A stretch of DNA of 64,000 nucleotides from Bacteroidota bacterium (GTDB taxonomy: Bacteria; Bacteroidota; Bacteroidia; 2-12-FULL-35-15), in NCBI GenBank assembly GCA_016722565.1, contig JADKIU010000007.1, positions 9,531 to 73,530 of the forward strand. Reading direction: 5' to 3'. The notes below the pieces were generated by a model. That model was given only the letters and a program-made list of their open reading frames with translations. It was not told where the DNA came from and made no database searches. Shown one piece after another: positions 57,204-64,000 of the stretch. The number at the start of each line of letters is the position of its first letter. Positions within the stretch are counted from its first letter, which is position 1. A program made the translations under genes and the position numbers.

Positions 57204-58523
57204 ATGAAGACAAATTTTGTTGAAGAACTCAGATGGAGAGGAATGTTACAGGACATAATGCCTGGAACAGAAGATTTATTGAATAAAGAGATGGTGACTG
57301 GCTATATTGGCTTTGATCCGACTTCCGATTCTTTGGGAATTGGGAACATGGTTCAAATCATGACCCTTTTGCATTTCCAAAAAGCGGGTCATAAACCCAT
57401 CGCTTTGGTGGGTGGAGCAACCGGAATGGTAGGCGATCCCTCCGGAAAATCAGCCGAACGTAATTTGTTGGATGAAACAACATTGAATCATAACATTGCT
57501 TGTCAGAAAAAACAATTAGAAAAATTTTTGGATTTTAATGCAGGAGCGAATTCCGCAGAAATAGTAAATAATTACGATTGGTTTAAAGGATTTAGCTTCT
57601 TAGAATTTATCAGAGATGTAGGGAAACACATTTCAGTAAATTATATGATGGCCAAAGATTCTGTAAAAAACAGATTGGAAAACGGAATGAGTTTTACGGA
57701 GTTCAGTTACCAATTGGTGCAAGGATATGATTTCTATTATTTGTGGAAAAACAAAGGAATCAAATTGCAAATGGGTGGTTCTGATCAATGGGGCAACATT
57801 GTTACAGGAACGGAATTGATCAGACGAAAAGCAAGCGGTGAAGCCTTTGCATTAACTACTCCGCTTATTAAAAAAGCAGACGGAACTAAATTCGGAAAAA
57901 CCGAAGGTGGAAATGTTTGGTTGGACAGAGCAAAAACTTCTCCTTATAAATTTTACCAATTCTGGCTGAATGCAAGTGATGAGGATGTAAAAAACTACAT
58001 TCGCATTTTCACCTTATTCACCAAAGAAGAAATTGAAAAATTGGAAGCAGAACATGCAACCGCACCACATTTAAGAACATTACAAAAAGCTTTAGCAAAA
58101 GACATTACGATTCGTGTTCATTCTGAAGATGATTACAATGCAGCAGTAGAAGCTTCCCAAATATTGTTCAGCGGAACATTGGAAGATTTAGCAAAACTAT
58201 CAGAAGAATTATTTTTAGATATTTTTGATGGCGTTCCACAATTTGAAATTTCAAAAAAAGACATTGAAACCGGAGTTCCAATCATTGATTTGCTTGCGGA
58301 AAAAACACAAGTCTTCTCTTCCAAAGGAGAAGCAAGAAAAATGATTCAAGGCGGTGGTGTTTTAGTTAACAAAGCGAAAGTGGAAGATGTTGAATTAAAA
58401 GTATCTGCGTCACATCTCATCAACAATAAATACATTTTAGTTCAAAAAGGGAAGAAGAATTATTTTGTGATTAAGGCAGGGATTCGCAATCAAGGAGAAA
58501 TCAGTAATATGATTAGCGCCTAA
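57204..58523 (+). CDS. tyrS: tyrosine--tRNA ligase
   Basis: ATG at 57204 gives [56 protein letters not shown] (KMSKS-equivalent) and a C-terminal S4-like domain. The HIGH position reads GIGN (see findings). Confidence 0.9.
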   Translation: MKTNFVEELRWRGMLQDIMPGTEDLLNKEMVTGYIGFDPTSDSLGIGNMVQIMTLLHFQKAGHKPIALVGGATGMVGDPSGKSAERNLLDETTLNHNIACQKKQLEKFLDFNAGANSAEIVNNYDWFKGFSFLEFIRDVGKHISVNYMMAKDSVKNRLENGMSFTEFSYQLVQGYDFYYLWKNKGIKLQMGGSDQWGNIVTGTELIRRKASGEAFALTTPLIKKADGTKFGKTEGGNVWLDRAKTSPYKFYQFWLNASDEDVKNYIRIFTLFTKEEIEKLEAEHATAPHLRTLQKALAKDITIRVHSEDDYNAAVEASQILFSGTLEDLAKLSEELFLDIFDGVPQFEISKKDIETGVPIIDLLAEKTQVFSSKGEARKMIQGGGVLVNKAKVEDVELKVSASHLINNKYILVQKGKKNYFVIKAGIRNQGEISNMISA

Positions 58524-59509
58524 TCAGCTACCAACAAATTACAGCCTCGAATGTCGCTATTATCAAAGCGACCCAACACTTCAAAGGAAAAATCAGGATG
58601 TAATTTTCCTAAATCTTGTGTTGCAATAAACGAGCAGGAATTAATATTTGCCAAATCAATGACATTGATTCCACCAGTTCTATTTGGAGGTAAAATTGCG
58701 AATGGATCATTGGTATCACGGATTAGAATTTTCATCCATGGCGGACAATTAAAAATCCCATCTCCTTTTGAATACGCTTGCGATAGCAACTCTGTCATGC
58801 CGTATTCACTGTGTATTTTCTCTACTCCAAAACCTTCACATAAAGTGGAATGCAATTCTTCTCTCACCATTTCTTTACGTTTACCTTTCATGCCACCGGT
58901 TTCCATGATAATGGTGTTTTTTAAATTCAGCTTTTGTTTCTCAACTAAATCTAATAATGCATACGTCACACCAATTAAAATCGTTTTTTGTCTACGCGCT
59001 TCTAACACGTTTATTTTCGTAATCAGCTCATCATAATTATTCAAATAAAAACCGCTATCCGATTCATTGGATTTTTTAATTAAATCTTCCACCATATAAA
59101 TTAACGAAGACCCATCTCGTTCGAGGTAAGATGGTAACAATGCTAAAACACAATAATCTTGAATATTCCCATACGCCAATTCAAATCCTTTTAAATAACT
59201 TTTTTCATAGACAGAAACATCCGAAACAAAATGTTTGCTTTGGGCCATTCCTGTTGTTCCGCTACTCGTAAAAATGATTGATTTTTTGTCGGATTCTGAA
59301 GACTTTATCTCATGAGATTTAAAGAATTCTATCGGTAAAAAGGGGATTTCTTCAACTTTAGAGACGGATTCTGGAAAAACAGCTAATCCGGACAAATATT
59401 TCGCATAAACAGCACATTCCTTCGCTTGGTAGCGGAAAACAGACAAGGCCAGCTCTTCAAATTGAGTCGGGGCAGTGATATTAAAAATAGCGTCTATATC
59501 AGGTTTCAA
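58520..59509 (-). CDS. LuxE/PaaK-like acyl-adenylate-forming 'acyl transferase' family protein
   Basis: 329 aa. FTSSGTTG (AMP-binding-like P-loop) and ETGGMKG motifs, which I recall from LuxE-type acyl-protein synthetases of Flavobacteria. Confidence 0.5.
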   Translation of the reverse strand: MKPDIDAIFNITAPTQFEELALSVFRYQAKECAVYAKYLSGLAVFPESVSKVEEIPFLPIEFFKSHEIKSSESDKKSIIFTSSGTTGMAQSKHFVSDVSVYEKSYLKGFELAYGNIQDYCVLALLPSYLERDGSSLIYMVEDLIKKSNESDSGFYLNNYDELITKINVLEARRQKTILIGVTYALLDLVEKQKLNLKNTIIMETGGMKGKRKEMVREELHSTLCEGFGVEKIHSEYGMTELLSQAYSKGDGIFNCPPWMKILIRDTNDPFAILPPNRTGGINVIDLANINSCSFIATQDLGKLHPDFSFEVLGRFDNSDIRGCNLLVAD

Positions 59510-59597
59510 GGCTAAAAGAGCAATAATATGGGGGTTAAATGCGTTAAAGTATTGCTTTGAGCAAAAATAATTATTAATTTTATGTATCTATTAAGAA

Positions 59598-60098
59598 ATG
59601 AAGGATATTAAATACATAGTTGGTTTTGCGTTATTGGGGACATTCGGAATGTCTTCTTGTGTAAAGGAAAAAGAATTTCCGACCACACCTGTTATTGAAT
59701 TTTTATATTATTCAGCCTACACACCCGATTCGGCAGATTGTGTTATCTCTTTCACCGATGGTGATGGTGATATTGGAATTTTAGATGGAGACGCCACATC
59801 TCCGAATGACTATCAATTAAAATATCTATATAAAGATACAACCGATGGCGTTTTTAAGCCATTTGATTCAAACCCTTCCACTCCTGCATTTGACACATTA
59901 TTCTATTCGTATCGTGTTCCAAATCTAACTCCGGATGGGCAATACAAAGCATTGGATGGAGAAATCAGAGCAAAATTGAGAGCGGCTCCACTTTATTATC
60001 CGCTACATACCATTGTAAAATTTGAAATCACATTGAGAGACCGAGCAGGACATTTAAGTAATAGAGTTACTACAAGTGAAATAGAAGTGAATCCGTAA
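59598..60098 (+). CDS. hypothetical lipoprotein
   Basis: Signal peptide with lipobox (LLGTFGMSSC). 166 aa. No recognisable family. Confidence 0.55.
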   Translation: MKDIKYIVGFALLGTFGMSSCVKEKEFPTTPVIEFLYYSAYTPDSADCVISFTDGDGDIGILDGDATSPNDYQLKYLYKDTTDGVFKPFDSNPSTPAFDTLFYSYRVPNLTPDGQYKALDGEIRAKLRAAPLYYPLHTIVKFEITLRDRAGHLSNRVTTSEIEVNP

Positions 60099-60112
60099 AT
60101 CGGTTAAAGAAA

Positions 60113-60150
60113 ATAAAAAAGGGATGATAAAATATATCATCCCTTTTTTT
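60113..60150. terminator. bidirectional intrinsic terminator between convergent genes
   Basis: A-run, then GGGATGATA-AAATA-TATCATCCC, then T7. Confidence 0.75.
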
Positions 60151-60166
60151 ATTCTAAGAATATCTC

Positions 60167-61819
60167 CTATAAAAACAAGCTGAAGATCCAATAGAAAAAC
60201 GCTCCCAAAATAGCGCTAATAGGAATCGTTAGAATCCATGCCCACAGCAAACTAATTGTAACGCCCCATTTCACTGCGCCTACACCTTTTGTAGCACCAA
60301 CACCAATAATTGCACCAGTGATGGTATGCGTTGTCGAAACCGGAATTCCCATTTGTTCGGTAAGAAATAAGGTAGTTGCACCAGCTGTTTCAGCACAAAC
60401 ACCCTCCAACGGAGTTACCTTCGTAATTTTTGTTCCCATTGTTTTTACAATTTTCCATCCACCGCTTAATGTACCAATACCAATTGCCAAATAACAAGAG
60501 ATAGGCACCCAATCCGGCATTGATTTAATATCTACAATAGATCCGTTTGCAACCAAGGCGGCAGCAATAATACCCATTACTTTTTGAGCATCATTTCCAC
60601 CATGACCAACACTAAATGCAGCCGAAGAAAGCAACTGTGAACGTTTGAACATTGCTGATGTACGTTTTGCTGTTGGTTCTTTAATTTTTTCGTTATAGAT
60701 AAACATCAACGCAAACAACATCAATGCACCTACTAATCCCCAACGCACAATTTTATTATCTGCCTTTTCTACTTCCTTTTTCAAGTCCGCTTTAATATCA
60801 ATTTTCATGGCCTTTTTGAAAGCAGCAATTTTATCAGGAGCAATCGGATGCATTGCATTCATTTCTGCTACCATTCCTTCAGCACCCAATTCAAAATATT
60901 TTTTAGTAATTGGTTTTAAACTATCTACTATTTTTTGAGTGGCAACATATTCTGCTTTATGAGTCGTGTCTAGCTTGGCTTTATTTTTTACCTGATCAAT
61001 TTTGAAATACAAGTTTAATTTATCGCCTAACTTACTAATGGTAATGTCTTTCAAGTCGACATTGCTTACAATATCTTCCACCACTCGATCTGAACCATGA
61101 AACTCATAATTGGTAAGATAGGGTGCACACGCTGCTGCCTTTTCTTTTGCTTTTTCAAGTTTATGGACTTGAGTGCTATCGTGTTTGATATCAATTGCAT
61201 ATTGGTATTTATCCACTTTAAAGAATTTACTCATGTTTTCGTTCAGTTTGTTTTCCTGAAAACCGATGAATAAAAACCACAACACAACAGCCGAAGCAGT
61301 AAGGATACCAACCTTAAGCCAAGTTTTATGCTGAATAAAAATGAGTGTAAAAAAGATGGAAATAATCATACCTATAATCGGAGCGAGTAGAATAAACAAT
61401 AATGTTTTACCAATTTTATCACTATCGATAATTTCACTAATCGGCATCATTCCTTTGCTCAAAAAAGCATACGCAATCGCGGAACCTGCAAAACCACCAA
61501 TAAGTGTGTGGGATGAAGAAGATGGAATACCATACCACCAGGTTAATAAATTCCAGATGATAGCAGCGATGAGTCCACTACAAATAACCGGCAAAGAAAT
61601 AAAATCTGAGTACACTGTTTTTCCAATTGTATTGGCAACTGCATGATCTTTAAAAATTAAAAAAGCAACACAGTTAAAAAATGCAGCCCACAATACTGCT
61701 TGAAATGGGGTTAATACTTTTGTGGAAACTATTGTTGCTATTGAGTTTGCAGCATCGTGAAAACCATTGATAAAATCAAAAATCAATGCTAAAGCGATAA
61801 CTATTACGAGTAAAGTCAT
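60167..61819 (-). CDS. inorganic phosphate transporter, PiT family, with long central hydrophilic loop
   Basis: N-terminal FINGFHDAANSIAT and C-terminal GHGGNDAQK signature repeats of the PHO4/PiT family. A Lys-rich soluble insert of about 150 aa lies between the two halves. Confidence 0.9.
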   Translation of the reverse strand: MTLLVIVIALALIFDFINGFHDAANSIATIVSTKVLTPFQAVLWAAFFNCVAFLIFKDHAVANTIGKTVYSDFISLPVICSGLIAAIIWNLLTWWYGIPSSSSHTLIGGFAGSAIAYAFLSKGMMPISEIIDSDKIGKTLLFILLAPIIGMIISIFFTLIFIQHKTWLKVGILTASAVVLWFLFIGFQENKLNENMSKFFKVDKYQYAIDIKHDSTQVHKLEKAKEKAAACAPYLTNYEFHGSDRVVEDIVSNVDLKDITISKLGDKLNLYFKIDQVKNKAKLDTTHKAEYVATQKIVDSLKPITKKYFELGAEGMVAEMNAMHPIAPDKIAAFKKAMKIDIKADLKKEVEKADNKIVRWGLVGALMLFALMFIYNEKIKEPTAKRTSAMFKRSQLLSSAAFSVGHGGNDAQKVMGIIAAALVANGSIVDIKSMPDWVPISCYLAIGIGTLSGGWKIVKTMGTKITKVTPLEGVCAETAGATTLFLTEQMGIPVSTTHTITGAIIGVGATKGVGAVKWGVTISLLWAWILTIPISAILGAFFYWIFSLFL

Positions 61820-61860
61820 TTGTATTGTGTATTAAGAATAAAAATTAAATTAAATCAACA

Positions 61861-62505
61861 CTATGCATTTTTAATTAAAATAGCATTGATTACATCTGCA
61901 GCATCTTCACACTTATCTGTTGCTGTTTCGAGCATCGATAAAACATCTTTCATTTTAATTACTTCTACTGCATTTTTTTCTTCTTCAAATAATTTAGCAA
62001 TCGCCATATCAAAAATATCATCCGCATGATTTTCGATACTGTTTATACGTACTGTTGCTTCTTTAATTTTGGTAATATTTTTCAAGTTTCTTAATTCCGC
62101 TACAGCTACTTCTAACTCTTCCGAACCTTTTAGAATGAGTTCTGCTAATTTTACAATAGCCGGAGTCATTTCTTCTACTTTGTAAAGTTCCATTCGTTTC
62201 GAAGCTCCGTGTATATAATCCACTACATCGTCAATTGCGGAAACCAAGTTGTGAATATCTTCACGATCAAACGGAGTAATAAAATTTAAACTCAATTGAT
62301 TAAATGTTTCATGCGTGATTCCATCACCAACATGTTCCAATCGTTCAATTTCACGGAATAGTTCTTTTCTTCGCTCTAAAGAAGAAGTCGTAACTAACTC
62401 CACAAGCACTTTTGATGTTGCGGTTGCGTTTTGAGAAGCTTTTTGAAAAAGAAGAAAAAATATTTTATCCTTCGGCTGAAAAAATTGAAAAATGTTTAAG
62501 TTCAT
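61861..62505 (-). CDS. DUF47-family (PhoU-like) phosphate-transport accessory protein
   Basis: 214 aa, helical, with the ...E..GD.I......L...FITP.DREDI..L...DD..D pattern typical of the YkaA/DUF47 proteins paired with PiT. Confidence 0.8.
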   Translation of the reverse strand: MNLNIFQFFQPKDKIFFLLFQKASQNATATSKVLVELVTTSSLERRKELFREIERLEHVGDGITHETFNQLSLNFITPFDREDIHNLVSAIDDVVDYIHGASKRMELYKVEEMTPAIVKLAELILKGSEELEVAVAELRNLKNITKIKEATVRINSIENHADDIFDMAIAKLFEEEKNAVEVIKMKDVLSMLETATDKCEDAADVINAILIKNA

Positions 62506-62659
62506 TGTATTAGAATTTTATGATTTTACTTTAAAAAATTTATGCTTTTACAAATGTATGTTTGTAACCGCTCCTATGTCATTATTACCAATTACTATTA
62601 GGTTATTTCAATGTTAAGCCAATGTTAAGAATGCAAGCAATGTATTGATTTTCAATAAT

Positions 62660-63958
62660 TTAAAACTTAAATTGCAAACGCACTGTCATTACATTATCTG
62701 AAATATCTTTCACATAACCAGAAACCAATGTTGATTCATTTTGAACAACATCGTAGTAAGTCATTAGTTTTACATTCGCATTCATATGATAAGTTATTCC
62801 AAAACCATATGTATCAAACCGAATGTCACCGACTTTTGTATTTGTTCCAGTTTTCCCAATCTCTTTTCCAGAAATATTTACGTTAGGATCATACCAATCG
62901 TACTTAGCAACAATTTGAAATTTTGATTTACCTATATTTTGAATTAAATAAAAGTAAGCACCATCAAAATTCCTATGATAAATGGATGATGTAGGTAATG
63001 CCCCTGCACTTCTGCTTGACTTGTCGGTTCCAGGCTGCTCACCCATAATATATTCTGCTCGAATCGTAGTCATACCTGCTTTCCAATCAACCGAAAATTG
63101 TGCATCAGCACCCATATAAATTCTTTTTGCTACTCTATAATAATTTGCAGTGTCTTCGGCAAAATCAAATCCCGAATCCCCATTTGCCAATATTTGTGAA
63201 TTGTAATCTTTCACACTTCCAATTGTATATCCGCCATAGTAATAAGATGCTCCAATTGCATATTCAATTTTCTTATTCTTTGTTGTTTTCTTATACTGCA
63301 AACGAGCAGTAAAATCTTTATGACTATCAAATTCCTGTGAAACACCTGCAGATCCATTCACCACCGCCAGATCTACTTTAACCCCATGCAGAGCTGATGT
63401 TTTTGGAAATTCCATTGTTCCGAAAATTCCTAAATCGCGTTCTGTCGGAAACAATGTCTGATTGTATCGAGCACGTTCCGGAGTTTCTCTCTCACTTGAA
63501 GATTGTGTTAATTCAAACCCAAATTGATCCTGTAAAAGTCCTGCAGAAAGACTGAACATTTTTAACCAAGTATCAGTCACTTTCACATAGGTTTCACGCA
63601 TAAACAAACCTTTTTCTGTTATATCGGTATTAATCATTAAACGAACATTTTTATAATCGTATGTAAATTTAAAGCGACCTCTTCTCATCATTATACGGCT
63701 GTAGTATTTATTTCCTTTATCATTTACAAAGTCTCCTCCTGCAACAGATGGTGCACCAGCTGAATCGATGTATTGGTATTGCGGCTGGATATATCCGCTT
63801 ATTTTCAGTCGTTTCAACTTCGTGAACTCATCAGACAACGCTTTTAAATTGCGAGTAAGAGTATCCAATTGGTTTCCTGTTGCTTCTTGACTACTCATTT
63901 TTGTATTGATAATCAACAAAACTGCCAGTGTTAAAATAACATTTCTTAAATTGTTCAT
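62660..63958 (-). CDS. outer-membrane porin (possibly phosphate-selective OprO/P-like)
   Basis: Signal peptide, beta-barrel-like alternating pattern and C-terminal ...TVRLQFKF. It heads the porin-DUF47-PiT gene string. Confidence 0.55.
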   Translation of the reverse strand: MNNLRNVILTLAVLLIINTKMSSQEATGNQLDTLTRNLKALSDEFTKLKRLKISGYIQPQYQYIDSAGAPSVAGGDFVNDKGNKYYSRIMMRRGRFKFTYDYKNVRLMINTDITEKGLFMRETYVKVTDTWLKMFSLSAGLLQDQFGFELTQSSSERETPERARYNQTLFPTERDLGIFGTMEFPKTSALHGVKVDLAVVNGSAGVSQEFDSHKDFTARLQYKKTTKNKKIEYAIGASYYYGGYTIGSVKDYNSQILANGDSGFDFAEDTANYYRVAKRIYMGADAQFSVDWKAGMTTIRAEYIMGEQPGTDKSSRSAGALPTSSIYHRNFDGAYFYLIQNIGKSKFQIVAKYDWYDPNVNISGKEIGKTGTNTKVGDIRFDTYGFGITYHMNANVKLMTYYDVVQNESTLVSGYVKDISDNVMTVRLQFKF

Positions 63959-64000
63959 GTTGGTTAATTAATGGTAAATTAAATTTTATCTGCGACAAAT

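Overview
This is an AT-rich 64-kb chromosomal window that looks like a Bacteroidota genome (Flavobacteriia, Sphingobacteriia or Cytophagia-like). The taxon call rests on four type-A and one type-B T9SS C-terminal sorting domains, a PorP/SprF gene, a perfect TTTG/TAnnTTTG promoter in front of a tRNA, and DUF3857/transglutaminase and MORN-variant proteins. I support about 48 protein genes, 2 tRNAs (Val-TAC, Arg-CCT), one frameshifted FadL-family gene, several intrinsic terminators and two repeat families.

Housekeeping content:
- korAB, metG, tyrS, lpxD and trmB.
- An aldehyde dehydrogenase, an LD-carboxypeptidase and a DPP-IV-like S9 peptidase.
- A PduO-type adenosyltransferase.
- A porin/DUF47/PiT phosphate locus.

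Accessory content:
- A 4-gene envelope/T9SS-cargo operon (4849-10389).
- A 5-gene TPR/MORN/transglutaminase/DUF3857/TPR operon (20645-28876), next to a third transglutaminase-like gene.
- A TPR-histidine kinase/LuxR pair divergent from a 1412-aa repeat adhesin with its SprF partner.

The most unusual signal is non-coding. Immediately after tRNA-Val there is a 5.3-copy tandem array with an exact 113-bp period (2631-3227). Each unit carries a copy of the tRNA 3' portion whose T-loop is interrupted by an 18-nt hairpin, plus the tRNA's own terminator and a promoter-like spacer. A solo copy lies at 10566-10680, and related terminator cassettes lie at 14.7 and 16.4 kb. This could be a tandem small-RNA family, an att-site scar array or a satellite, and I cannot decide between these from sequence alone.

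Second, the adhesin's internal repeats are about 96% identical in protein but differ at about 43% of codons synonymously.

All protein calls come from motif recognition by eye. No database search was possible.
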